Below are positions 27,201-36,446 of a DNA stretch of 64,000 bases, one piece after another. Source of the DNA: a virus. Lineage: Duplodnaviria > Caudoviricetes. The translations under genes were made by a program, and so were the position numbers. The stretch is taken from IMG/VR virus record IMGVR_UViG_3300033067_000628, positions 1 through 64,000 of that record, one strand, 5' to 3'. The notes beneath the pieces were generated by a model that was not told the DNA's origin, made no database searches, and saw only the letters and a list, made by a program, of their open reading frames with translations. Numbering within the stretch: position 1 is the stretch's first letter; the number at the start of each line of letters is the position of its first letter.

Positions 27201-27857
27201 TAGACCAGCCTTGGAAGCTCCATTGAGAGCTGTAAGACCATCAAGGAAGATAGTATTGTGATAGCATCTAATATTCTTTACATACTTAACAACGATACCA
27301 TACTCACCACCAACTATAAGGTTATTAACCAGATAGAGGCCTTCTATATTGTGAATATAGATCTGAGCATTCTTATTGTTAGTAACAAAGCATCTATTGA
27401 TATATAGATTATGACAGTTAAAGCCAGCTGATATACCAATCAAAAAGCTTTGAACTCTTATACCTTGTATCTTAACATTAGGATTATTAGATCCTATATC
27501 TATACCTATTAGCCTATTGGAGATATCTTGATCACCAGATTGATTCGCTGCAGGTGTGATTACTGGTAAAGCATCAGATATTATGTTACCATTATCACCT
27601 ACGTCTTGTCGTCTAATAACAAGATATCTCCCTTGTGCTTTAATAGGAGGTGTTAAGTTATCTGGTATCTTAATAGCAGAAAACTTATCATTGCCAACAA
27701 GTACTATGTTAACATTCCCACCATCTGGAGCAGAGGTAGAAGGTAACTGATAGTTACCACCTTGCAATAGTGTAGCTATTGCATTGATGGCTTGGTTAAC
27801 AGTAGCATAGGGTTGCCCCTTGCCAACATAGTAATTGTTTTCAATCAATAAAGACAT
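24210..27857 (-). CDS. Tail spike/depolymerase candidate: pectin-lyase-like right-handed beta-helix plus CBM-like domain
   Basis: Parallel beta-helix rungs (NVKIQGIRVQ...NLYINRCFVTNN...GLYLVNNLIVGG...NIRCYHNTIF) at about 27000-27520. Later NLLENSDF...DAVQAE resembles a galactose-binding/CBM4-9-like module. Confidence 0.65.
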   Translation of the reverse strand: MSLLIENNYYVGKGQPYATVNQAINAIATLLQGGNYQLPSTSAPDGGNVNIVLVGNDKFSAIKIPDNLTPPIKAQGRYLVIRRQDVGDNGNIISDALPVITPAANQSGDQDISNRLIGIDIGSNNPNVKIQGIRVQSFLIGISAGFNCHNLYINRCFVTNNKNAQIYIHNIEGLYLVNNLIVGGEYGIVVKYVKNIRCYHNTIFLDGLTALNGASKAGLILQGERTYGNSNPSTVYCLGNLVYTIGCPAAIFYEEDLKNNRLLSDYNDFYSQTCPVQLRSDNATLPQDEQEIVRKSYVNILDWRQAGPLGSSNAALIDQHSVSIHPVFIQNVSLLSNTSSSIVNLNIIDNSPLLGKVPSWFYSSDSFYIPSDFNTTLISVDSLLNTRQFPLTAIGANDKKSLNGFFGQDIFTSPLELDPSKKCNIDPLDVISAQELTMTYPAIKAGYFWSHERPFYLYGKKGAFNLGYLAKTVLKLPGILDTKQPLSIRIRDKEISEKDWDLSGMNLTIYHRNNNITSYNDEIQILGKVRQWYDNSFTNENAYYVFKIKDGITSFILPESYQAGAPVVITDDRIAFTNPIDAVYRDFQVVLDHKTHESHIQFGGNSNLLENSDFCYSYSGNTPRDWISKIQGNPRSVFILWNQFSYWGDKAVGLSVSPDPGFITSPQIDIHSNENLCFTWHAMLPTGITGTNGQSITGLSGKYIVTQFNNYDEEIPARIEGDFVVGPSYQRYYLPLGPADQIIDLSQPGLASAPLVYLKTGAAVLDDNVTKVELTLSGYNYSGLMSTGAFFALDAVQAEYSLEPSYYHPKPSFTDMTVEFETDQSGIFIDKRMNISPVFNENPNGFLYIADMPATIWGGPSDPEVTTLHEYRWPHGRMSVLPWARLYGKDKLHQRSVDSDTIGEPQNIISPYVFPKNAAQAVMSPSVLRVSQEAELPEGLSVQVLDTSYNPYSLRNYVAHVYDPNGNFPGWLSKKHYGAKEQLGSTIYGSLNSNGSFSCGFVCPDAHLVSYVGSVPRSLLSVSGLSGVVDSLSYISTRYNVSTENNGNITVVGLSGKQHKTLSDTALTGLYVAESNGDKSIITLGYPPCNGSVKVKAGVINFSETQVDPQSNEYRINYSYGQIELPAGTIDSTFYVEYRPKYAYPDPVNKNTIIFHHNQVFNDYSGAIQVDYDAELALEVRVSEPLNREFVATFPIILQNPKLSQFENQFLSSEF

Positions 27858-28202
27858 TTATTTTACTTTACGTTCTAGGTCCAATAGTCTAGATTGCATC
27901 AATAGGATTTCTGCTCGCATTGCCGAATCACTTTCTTTTAAGTGACTTATCTCTGAAAGATAAAAAGACTTATCAGCATTAGCCTGTGTGCCAGTATATC
28001 TATCAGCGCTAGCAACCTTGAGCTGTTCTTTTACAGCATCCATATTAGCGTTTAAGACTGCCAGACTAACATTAGTCTGCATTGAATTGCTACCAATCCA
28101 TCCTATAGATCCAACGATCAATGCTATAAATAACGTAGGTGCCACCTTCGCTAAAAAGGCAATGACCCAGTGTCTTCCATCTGTAGTTTCTTGCTCAGCC
28201 AT
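27858..28202 (-). CDS. Small single-pass membrane protein with coiled coil (holin/spanin-like candidate)
   Basis: One hydrophobic helix (WVIAFLAKVAPTLFIALIVGSIGWI), a heptad-like C-terminus and an AGGGGA SD. Confidence 0.45.
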   Translation of the reverse strand: MAEQETTDGRHWVIAFLAKVAPTLFIALIVGSIGWIGSNSMQTNVSLAVLNANMDAVKEQLKVASADRYTGTQANADKSFYLSEISHLKESDSAMRAEILLMQSRLLDLERKVK

Positions 28203-28211
28203 ATAGTCCCC

Positions 28212-30203
28212 TTATATGTTAACTGCAATATCTTGTATTGCATCTGTTGTAAAGTCAATCAAATCTTTAGCATCAACAACAATAGGATTAAGATTAACTC
28301 TACTCGTAGCAGATGATACAATATTAGATGAAACAGAAACTACGCAGTCTCTCTTATATCCAACACCAGATCTAAATGCATTTTGAGGGAATCCTATGTT
28401 CTTGATAAGATTTTGATTATAGTAATATCCCATTCTAAAAGCTTCCCATGGATCAAATTCTTGATCATGATTAGCAATTGGAATAGAGGTTACGAATCTA
28501 GAAAGTCTAATATCAAAGGCCAATGGTAAGCTATTACGGCCATACCATTCGGCGTCTATTGTATCCCAATAGTCCTTATCAGCAATCACAAACCCCCACT
28601 CGATATTAGTCTTGCTCTTTAACTCCAAAACGAATTCGTAGAACTCACTGTCAAAGAAGGTAGAGTCGTCATTAGAAAATGACCACTTGTATTCTTCATC
28701 AGCTATTGAGAAGAGTCCTACACGGGACCACCCTAGAGAGGCCTTAAGGTTATTTTGGTTAACAGAAAAAGAGGTTTTATATATCAGCTTAGAAAGCTCT
28801 GACCCAGACATAGTTCCATCGAGTGTAGCCTTGACAACAATGAGGCCTGATGGGTTAGCCAAAGTATTCAGTTGATATACGACATCAATAACAGTGGGAT
28901 ACTCAGAATAGTATATGTCTTCATAGTATTGATAAGTTATCTTTACTATGCCAACATAACTAGGATCAATGTATATTTCATTACCTGACAGGCTAGGATA
29001 GCTATCATGCAATTTGTATTTAGTGACAGGCAGTTCTGTATTAGACTCTGTCTTGATTGAGATAATTTCTTTGATTCTTTTAGATACTGTAATTACATTA
29101 TAGTATACATCTAGGTGAGCTATCTCATCATAGATGACAAAAGAAGGAGCACTAACACTAGTTCTAGTATGGGTGCTAACTACATCAAGGGATGTTTCTA
29201 TTGGCTGTGTATTGGTGCCAACGGCTCGTTCTACTTGTATAGCATTGTCTTTACGTCCAAGGCCAAGCTCTCTATTGATACCGTTAATAAGGCCAACATA
29301 ATGTGTGCCACCCTTATTTGTAAAGGCATCTATAATACGAGACTTAAGGCTTGCATTAGTTTCATTAGGGAGTCTTTGTAAGCTAGCAAGTAAAGCAAAC
29401 CCATCGAATGCATTCCATACGTGGGAGCTGTATTGGTTAGCAAGATTATACTCTAGCGATATAGGATAGGTGGCTATTGCAGAACCACCTTCGTCAGTAG
29501 CAATTATATTGAATACGATTTTAGGTCTATCGATATTGAATATAACTTTCCAGGTTGTATTAGTCTGTTCGACTATTATATTAACATCATTAGCTGCGCT
29601 GGTACTTACACTTACTCTAGAGTTCTTAGTACCAGAGATAACCTGTATAGCCTTATTAGTTTCTTTGACAATAGGATCTACAGTGAACTGTAGCTGTTCA
29701 ATACTAGACACCCATGTGAAAGAAGCAGGCAGACCACCAAGGCCGGGATTGCCTTGAGCCCAGGGGACAGCACGCCATAAATAAGACGGGAACTGATCTA
29801 TTACAGCGGACTGTATCTGCCCACTTGTGAGCGTAACATATACAGAGTTATCAGCATTATCAGTAAGGGTACCATTCTCTATAGAGAAGGGACCTAAGTT
29901 CTTAAGGTGAGGGTTATGAATGTTTGGATTCTTACTCTCACCAAACATAGACATAACATCATGCCAACCAAGATCTGGTGTTATCTGCAACAGATAATAG
30001 TCTGGCATTACAAAGTCTAGGACCGCACCAGATTGAACAGTAGTCAAGTCTATTGAGACTTCACCCCATCTAAAGACACGATCATTAATACCACGTTGGC
30101 TAACGTTCTCAGAATACAAATAGTTATTGACCGGGGGCACCCAGTCAATTGAAGAGTCTCCATACAAGGAGACCCAGTATCCAGGAAGTTGACCACTTAC
30201 CAT
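28212..30203 (-). CDS. Baseplate wedge protein (P2 gpI-like region)
   Basis: FDGFALLASLQRLPNETNASLKSRIIDAF...GLINGINRELGL resembles wedge/tail protein I motifs. The position downstream of baseplate J fits. Confidence 0.55.
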   Translation of the reverse strand: MVSGQLPGYWVSLYGDSSIDWVPPVNNYLYSENVSQRGINDRVFRWGEVSIDLTTVQSGAVLDFVMPDYYLLQITPDLGWHDVMSMFGESKNPNIHNPHLKNLGPFSIENGTLTDNADNSVYVTLTSGQIQSAVIDQFPSYLWRAVPWAQGNPGLGGLPASFTWVSSIEQLQFTVDPIVKETNKAIQVISGTKNSRVSVSTSAANDVNIIVEQTNTTWKVIFNIDRPKIVFNIIATDEGGSAIATYPISLEYNLANQYSSHVWNAFDGFALLASLQRLPNETNASLKSRIIDAFTNKGGTHYVGLINGINRELGLGRKDNAIQVERAVGTNTQPIETSLDVVSTHTRTSVSAPSFVIYDEIAHLDVYYNVITVSKRIKEIISIKTESNTELPVTKYKLHDSYPSLSGNEIYIDPSYVGIVKITYQYYEDIYYSEYPTVIDVVYQLNTLANPSGLIVVKATLDGTMSGSELSKLIYKTSFSVNQNNLKASLGWSRVGLFSIADEEYKWSFSNDDSTFFDSEFYEFVLELKSKTNIEWGFVIADKDYWDTIDAEWYGRNSLPLAFDIRLSRFVTSIPIANHDQEFDPWEAFRMGYYYNQNLIKNIGFPQNAFRSGVGYKRDCVVSVSSNIVSSATSRVNLNPIVVDAKDLIDFTTDAIQDIAVNI

Positions 30204-30204
30204 C

Positions 30205-32940
30205 TTACTTTTGCTTTCTCATTATTACACGGATATAGCCAGCCTTGCGGTTGCCTTTACCGAGGAATTCATTTGTATCACCATCAACGTCTATACTCAA
30301 AAGGGCAAATCTTGTATCAATATATCTCAACAGTACGAACTTAGATATATCTTTCAAGAAGCCTCTAGTGCCAACTTGCGGTGTAGACGCAAAGGAGTGA
30401 GCACTAGCTACAGTGTTATACAGAGCTGAATGAGGTGTCCACAAGTTCTGTGCACCTTGTGCTTCTGATCTAAACGTAGAGCCACCATATGCACCAGTGA
30501 TAGCTGGGTTAAGGTCAAAGTTATTAGTACCATAGTTGGCAATATATACCTTGATGCTCAAGTCTCCCATGTTCTGTATAGGGCCTAAGTTATGTTCAAC
30601 ATAGAACTGATGATCATAAACATCAGGCTCGTTGTCGTAAGCATTAGAAGAAGAGCCGCCCTTAGTGCTACCGTAGAATGGTAAACATCTTCCAAGATCA
30701 GAAGGTATGCTAGTTCTGATATAGTCTACCAATGGAACCCAGCATGAATCGTACATGCCGTTCTCTCTATAAGACACTGACTCTACTTCGGCCCAGTTAA
30801 CACCATCAGAAGTAGATGCTACGATCTCACCTACAGCTATATGCTGACCAGGTACGATATTAGGTGTAGCAGTCTGGACTCCTGCAGAGGCAATGCCAAA
30901 CGGCGTTGGTGAAGCCTTGAGGAAGAAAGACTTCTCTCTTGTAGCGTATGTAGGATCGCCTACCATGTAGATATAGGCAACACCAGTTGTAGCAGCTGCT
31001 GGTGGTGTAGCACCAGTATAGCCAATATTCTTTTGAAGTGCCTCAGTGATTACGCATGCTATAGTAGCTTGAGGAAGGGTTCTCTTGATTAGAGAGTTGT
31101 TATTTGATACGTTGTTACCACCAAGCCAAGCTCTTTCTGTAGAGATAGCGAGAGAAGTATTAGGATAGTCTGAAGAACTGAAGTTACCAACGTGAGCAAA
31201 TGGAGCACTAGATACTGTGAAGTTACCAGTAAGGTGCTGCATAGGAACGTTACCAGGCTGGTATAGTCTATAGGTCTTACCAGCAACGCTGCTCTGTAGA
31301 GCTGCATCGTCAGCAGCTACATAGACATTCAACCCAGTTAAGTTACCACCAGAGCCAAAGTATGGCTTATGGTAATAGATAGGATATGAATAAGCATCAG
31401 CAGCAGAAGCAGACTTGATCTCTATAAAGGTATCGCCGGGGTTAAACAAGCCAGTAGCATAGTGGCCATATGGCAATAGACCACTACCAAGTACAGAGCC
31501 ATTGGTTGTGCTGTTTGTGCCTACACCGCTTATGTTTGTATTGAGTAGGAGAATGTTCTTGTCGTTACCAACCTTGGCGGCTTCGTATGCAATAGTACCT
31601 GTATAGGTCCAACCACCAAGCATTGGATACATCTTATATCCATATAGCGGGTGAGACTTAGCACCAGAGACATATGGACTTCTATGTTGTGTAGAAACAC
31701 CATAGCGTACAGACTGGATTATACATCCATCAACAGGGAACGTTTCTACAACTGCCTTAGCATAAGACGGGTCTAGACCATCTATCTTAGCAGGAGTAAA
31801 GTCTGGCTTATCATTTAAAGTAATGTCATTGTTAGTATAGAAGTAGCCAGGATAAGAAACACTAGTAGGACCATTAGCAGCTACAGTACCATTGAAGGTT
31901 GCAGCATTGCTAACAGTTAAAGTAGTAGCCAATAGCGCGCCTTCTACGTCTACTGCTTCACCGCTAGTAACTATAAAGGTTACGCTACCATTACCAGACA
32001 AGCCACTACCGAACCATATACCACCATGGACAGCAAGCATTGCACCAGAATAGAAAGCAGCTGCACCAGTTGGAACTGCAGATTGGTACTGACCTAAGGC
32101 ACCACCAACCATGCCTATTACTGTTCTGGATGCAACAGTAAGGTTACCAGACATATTGACTGCATCACCAGTACCATTGCCTATTACATATAGGCCACCA
32201 ACAGTACCGTTAGTTGTGGCAAGTGTAAACTGATCGGCATCGATCCATACGTTGTTACGTGTTACTGCACTTGGATTACCAATGTAGAGTGTAATACCAG
32301 TAGTACCATACCCAGGTATGCCGGCTACATCGCTACTACCTAAGTAGTAATTGGAGCTAAGGTGTGCAGGCAAAACTATGTTTGGCAATATAGCTTGTAT
32401 AGCACTAAGCTCTGCTGCTGATTGAGGATCGAAGTTAACAAAGATAGGGAAGCTAACCAGACCCGAGCCTAATCCACTGACTGGAGTCTTAACTCCAAGC
32501 GTGCTCTGTATTGCCATTACAGTATTTTGTAAGGCATTAATGTGGCTATCTTGTACCTTATCGGCTACAGCATTATAAGATATAGTGAATGGTGAAGAGC
32601 TAGGAAGCGTTGTAAACTGAACAGTACCAGCAAAGACATCAGTCTGAGCAGGATCTATTACACCACCATTAGAAATAGAAAATGAACTTATACCACCAGT
32701 GGTATCAACACTAGGTCTATGATCAAGATAAAGAGTTGATCCAACAAACTGACCCAGTGTATGCTGTTCTATTACAGAGTATCCACCAAGTGAAGAGTTC
32801 TCCTTATTAACGAAGACATCAAACTTAGTAGGGAATTGAGCATCTTCAGAAGATGTTGAGGCACTATTACTAGATACCCTATGCTTGATATCCTCTGGAT
32901 ATCCTGAAAATGCATTAAGAGAATATTGTTCGTAGCTCAT
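30205..32940 (-). CDS. Tail fibre-like protein
   Basis: 911 aa, G/T/S-rich with a beta-spiral-like middle. The N-terminal FPTKFD...SHINALQNTVMAIQSTLG anchor motif is common in fibre proteins. Confidence 0.55.
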   Translation of the reverse strand: MSYEQYSLNAFSGYPEDIKHRVSSNSASTSSEDAQFPTKFDVFVNKENSSLGGYSVIEQHTLGQFVGSTLYLDHRPSVDTTGGISSFSISNGGVIDPAQTDVFAGTVQFTTLPSSSPFTISYNAVADKVQDSHINALQNTVMAIQSTLGVKTPVSGLGSGLVSFPIFVNFDPQSAAELSAIQAILPNIVLPAHLSSNYYLGSSDVAGIPGYGTTGITLYIGNPSAVTRNNVWIDADQFTLATTNGTVGGLYVIGNGTGDAVNMSGNLTVASRTVIGMVGGALGQYQSAVPTGAAAFYSGAMLAVHGGIWFGSGLSGNGSVTFIVTSGEAVDVEGALLATTLTVSNAATFNGTVAANGPTSVSYPGYFYTNNDITLNDKPDFTPAKIDGLDPSYAKAVVETFPVDGCIIQSVRYGVSTQHRSPYVSGAKSHPLYGYKMYPMLGGWTYTGTIAYEAAKVGNDKNILLLNTNISGVGTNSTTNGSVLGSGLLPYGHYATGLFNPGDTFIEIKSASAADAYSYPIYYHKPYFGSGGNLTGLNVYVAADDAALQSSVAGKTYRLYQPGNVPMQHLTGNFTVSSAPFAHVGNFSSSDYPNTSLAISTERAWLGGNNVSNNNSLIKRTLPQATIACVITEALQKNIGYTGATPPAAATTGVAYIYMVGDPTYATREKSFFLKASPTPFGIASAGVQTATPNIVPGQHIAVGEIVASTSDGVNWAEVESVSYRENGMYDSCWVPLVDYIRTSIPSDLGRCLPFYGSTKGGSSSNAYDNEPDVYDHQFYVEHNLGPIQNMGDLSIKVYIANYGTNNFDLNPAITGAYGGSTFRSEAQGAQNLWTPHSALYNTVASAHSFASTPQVGTRGFLKDISKFVLLRYIDTRFALLSIDVDGDTNEFLGKGNRKAGYIRVIMRKQK

Positions 32941-32942
32941 GG

Positions 32943-34637
32943 TTATATTAGTTGAAGGTGCCCGTTCTTCTTAGTATAGTTTTCTCTGCAGTATACTTTA
33001 CGATTGACGAAGTCAGCATAGTAGTAGTCAAAGAAAAGCTCAAAGTATAATCTTCTATTAAGTGTAGTGTCGAGATATATTGTCCTCGGTACGTTCTTGC
33101 ATATACCTATGCGGACTATGTCTTCATCTTCTGCGTCAATACCAAAGTTCTGACCAAGATCTATATCAAGCTCAAGGTCGCTTAAGCAGGGAAGATACAC
33201 AGAAGAATAGTTAACCCTAATAGGTCTGACTAGCTTAAGATAGTATTTACTCTTGCTTGCATAAGTTTCTTTAGTAACAACATAAAGAAGGTTGTCTATT
33301 ACAGACACAGCCTTAACTGAGATTTGATTTCTATTGATTAGGTACAAGTCTAACTTAAGATCACCAGAGTCATCAAGTATAAGATCGGCAGGATATCTCA
33401 TACCAAAGACATCTGGAGACGTAAGAGACGATTCTGATATAGCTCCATTAGAAGCTTTCCAGCTTGTAGGGAAGACTGTATTATAGAAGTCTATCTGTCT
33501 ACTGTAGGAGTTATTGATTGTGTTTCTGGCAGGAGCTAATACTGTTGATGGCGCTATACGTGTTGGTATACCAAGGTTCTTAAACTCTTGCTCAGTACCT
33601 AATGGGAATAGCTCAAGCCGCTTAACTGGCTCAGAGTCTAGTGTATCAAAGAGAACTTGTAGCCCAGTAACAGTCTTGCTAGGCATATTAGAGTAGGGAA
33701 GAACATCAGACTGGCTTGGAGACCACTCACCTAATACTTGAGATACCTCAAGTAGCGGGCAGTCAACTACATAAGAGACAGCCTGGCGATTAACTATCAT
33801 AGCAGTAATCTCAGCTATCTCATTGGTAGCACTTACGCTCAATGAAGCTCTTGCCCATTTGCCAAGAGTATTCATAGGGAGCCCAACACCAAAGCTTGCT
33901 ACAGAATTATCTGCATATCTTATAGATAAGATAATCCCAGAAATATTTACATCATAGCTTTCAGATGTAGATAAGCCCGTGTCTGTAGTAGTCTTAACAA
34001 AGATAGAATAGGTTAATGGTGATGCTGGTATTGCCACAGAGCGTGTTTGCTTAAGGTCTACAGGCCCTGTTAGGACTACGCCATGGTTGCCAAATATAGA
34101 GTTCTCTGGATCAAAGGTCAGAGCATCAATTGAGTTTCTATTAACAGTCCATCCTAATGGCTTCTGATATCTCTTAGGAGCAAGCATTGAGAAGGACGAG
34201 TTAAACAGTATGTTATCAAGGTGAGGAGAGTATACCTTATTGCTATTAGTAGACAGCTCAGATACTGCTAACTGAATATCATAATACTGATCAGCAGTTG
34301 AAAGGAACTGATCCTTACGTACTGTATTGTATAGCTCTATTAAAGATTCTAGTTGTGCTCCCCATGCATTAACTAACTGACTACCGACAGAAGTATAGTC
34401 CTTCCGCATGTTCATCCACATAGGGAAGTTGTTTAGTATCTTCTGAGTACTTGCCGCCTTAGTAAAAACAATAGGAGAAGTGTAGTCAGAATCATTAAAT
34501 GAATCGACATAGGAGTAACCAAAATCTAAGTACTCAATAACTGGATCAATCGTATTGTAGGAATAGAGTATCTCTATCCCTTCAGCTATTGTAGATGAAA
34601 AGCTATACGATTGAAATAATGAAGACAGATCACTCAT
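32943..34637 (-). CDS. Baseplate-associated protein with CBM-like (galactose-binding fold) domain
   Basis: NILFNSSF...GWTV...LTYSIFVKT...VDCPLLEVSQVLGEWSP resembles CBM4/9-like modules in tail proteins. The context is baseplate. Confidence 0.45.
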   Translation of the reverse strand: MSDLSSLFQSYSFSSTIAEGIEILYSYNTIDPVIEYLDFGYSYVDSFNDSDYTSPIVFTKAASTQKILNNFPMWMNMRKDYTSVGSQLVNAWGAQLESLIELYNTVRKDQFLSTADQYYDIQLAVSELSTNSNKVYSPHLDNILFNSSFSMLAPKRYQKPLGWTVNRNSIDALTFDPENSIFGNHGVVLTGPVDLKQTRSVAIPASPLTYSIFVKTTTDTGLSTSESYDVNISGIILSIRYADNSVASFGVGLPMNTLGKWARASLSVSATNEIAEITAMIVNRQAVSYVVDCPLLEVSQVLGEWSPSQSDVLPYSNMPSKTVTGLQVLFDTLDSEPVKRLELFPLGTEQEFKNLGIPTRIAPSTVLAPARNTINNSYSRQIDFYNTVFPTSWKASNGAISESSLTSPDVFGMRYPADLILDDSGDLKLDLYLINRNQISVKAVSVIDNLLYVVTKETYASKSKYYLKLVRPIRVNYSSVYLPCLSDLELDIDLGQNFGIDAEDEDIVRIGICKNVPRTIYLDTTLNRRLYFELFFDYYYADFVNRKVYCRENYTKKNGHLQLI

Positions 34638-34638
34638 G

Positions 34639-35100
34639 TTAAACTATCGTACCCAATACTCTAAGCTGGAATGCTACGAAGTCATCGTCACCAGCACCGG
34701 CGGGAATAGTTTGTTTAATCCAAACAGGTATTATACTACCCGATGTTGTTACACCGTCAAGCGTTACATTGCCAGTGTAGTTACCACTAAAGGTAACACC
34801 TGCAGGTGCCACTGTAGATGATGCAGTAGAACTACCAGAGGTACCAGTACCAAATGATATATAGCCTGAGTGCTCTACGTTAACCATTTGGAGTGTGACT
34901 CCAGTAAAGGTTACATCATATATCTGTTTGATAAAGAACTTTCTATACTGAGTAGTATCTATACTATCAGATACAGTGGCATTGCAGAATAAGGTATTAA
35001 GTCTGGGCAATAGTATATCATTACTAATACCACCACCTACCGTGGTAGCTAACCCAGTAGGTGTGAATAAAGCCTTATAGAACTTAAAGTATTGGGCCAT
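34639..35100 (-). CDS. Small virion structural protein
   Basis: 153 aa, with the LNTLF...TTQYRKFFIKQ...PVWIKQTIPAGA pattern seen in phage structural proteins. Coupled on both sides. Confidence 0.5.
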   Translation of the reverse strand: MAQYFKFYKALFTPTGLATTVGGGISNDILLPRLNTLFCNATVSDSIDTTQYRKFFIKQIYDVTFTGVTLQMVNVEHSGYISFGTGTSGSSTASSTVAPAGVTFSGNYTGNVTLDGVTTSGSIIPVWIKQTIPAGAGDDDFVAFQLRVLGTIV

Positions 35101-35303
35101 TATCTTCCGCGTCTTGTGGGAGAGTATTGCTGCATACGCTTATGGTTCATGCCCATTTGGTGTACTGGCATTCTCTTGCCCATCATATGAACTGAAGAGC
35201 TAGTGCCCTTCATTGCTTTAAGTGAGTTCAGATATGAATTAGCATTGTTGCTTCTAACGTTCATCATCTGTTTAGGTGACTGATTACGATTCATTCTTTT
35301 CAT
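35100..35303 (-). CDS. Small basic Met-rich peptide, function unknown
   Basis: 67 aa with 14 K/R, 11 Met and no D/E. It exactly fills the gap between its neighbours (1-nt gap upstream, TAATG overlap downstream). Confidence 0.6.
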   Translation of the reverse strand: MKRMNRNQSPKQMMNVRSNNANSYLNSLKAMKGTSSSVHMMGKRMPVHQMGMNHKRMQQYSPTRRGR

Positions 35304-35304
35304 A

Positions 35305-36432
35305 TTACACCACCTGTATTGCTTCTATATCCTTATTATTGTCTGGAGTAAAAAGTTCAGTCGACTTGAGTTTGTAGTTCCTAATGACATGGGGTCTATC
35401 ATTTAAACATAGCTCAAGTATCTTGATGTCCTTGATTTCTGGTGGCAAAGCATTTATAATCTCTGCTCTAAGCTTATTGATTATAAGCTCATCACCAAGA
35501 CGTAAGCCATCAAAATACGACGTAACAGCGTTCTTAGTTCTGATTATAGCTGAGTCTTTAGTACCAGCACCTGTACCCGATTGTGGGATAAGCTGAATAG
35601 TTATTCTAAACCGTACATAGTCTGGCTCTCTAACCTTAGAGGATATACCAAAGGCCGAGACGTTTTCAATAGAACGCTTAACTAACTCAGCAGTCCTAAA
35701 GCTAACAGTATTACCAACAGGAACTAATAGCGCATCAAAGGTACCGGCTCCTCTGGCAAACTCTTTAAGTACAACGTTAGAGATATCATTAGAACTAACG
35801 ATTGCTAACTTAACAGCTATCTCATTACCAGTAGGACGAGAGGCTACGGAGTTTGTTAGCCTATAGCGATACAAGGCATCGGTCTCAACACCGGAGCCAT
35901 TAGAGATAGGCTTAAGGTTAGTTACAGATACACCAGCAGGGCCGCTGTGTGAAGTAAGCCTACTTCGTCCTACGGAGTATTCAGATCCAGTACGGTCAGC
36001 CAATACAGGAACGAAGACTTCTTTAAGGCCTCGTGGGAAGTATACATTCTGAGAAACCTTATAAACAATACTACCGTCATCGGTAGTAACTGATAAGCCT
36101 TCTGGAATCTTGCCCTGGTTAAGATTACCAGGATCTGGGAAGTAGTCAGACAAAGATCCAGTAGCAACTGAGAACTGAACGTTCTGATCTTCAGCAGAAG
36201 AAGACGCAGCACCAGCGTTCAATCTTCTGACACCAAGCATTTCACCTATTAGATCTAGATATATCGAGCTAGCGCTGTTAAGGAAAGTGTTAGCATAGCT
36301 TGAAGAGATATAGTCCTGAACTCTAGAGATCTCAAGGTTGGTAGCTTCTACTAAACCCCTAGCTATACCACCTTCGGATAGGTATGTAATATCCGTATTC
36401 TCTGCAAGATATTGCAGAGAGTCACTATTCAT
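35305..36432 (-). CDS. Baseplate J-like wedge protein
   Basis: DITYLSEGGIARGLVE...ASSIYLDLIGEMLGVRR, SGVETDALYRYR, RGAGTFDALL, SAFGISSKVREP are baseplate J/gp6-like motifs. Start uncertain: no SD, and the frame is open upstream to 36477. Confidence 0.85.
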   Translation of the reverse strand: MNSDSLQYLAENTDITYLSEGGIARGLVEATNLEISRVQDYISSSYANTFLNSASSIYLDLIGEMLGVRRLNAGAASSSAEDQNVQFSVATGSLSDYFPDPGNLNQGKIPEGLSVTTDDGSIVYKVSQNVYFPRGLKEVFVPVLADRTGSEYSVGRSRLTSHSGPAGVSVTNLKPISNGSGVETDALYRYRLTNSVASRPTGNEIAVKLAIVSSNDISNVVLKEFARGAGTFDALLVPVGNTVSFRTAELVKRSIENVSAFGISSKVREPDYVRFRITIQLIPQSGTGAGTKDSAIIRTKNAVTSYFDGLRLGDELIINKLRAEIINALPPEIKDIKILELCLNDRPHVIRNYKLKSTELFTPDNNKDIEAIQVV

Positions 36433-36446
36433 CTGAGGTAAGGACT

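Noticed and set aside
2167-28202. Spanin pair formed by the lipoprotein and the 114-aa membrane protein
   Set aside because: Two-component spanin genes are normally adjacent, overlapping or nested. These are about 25 kb apart.
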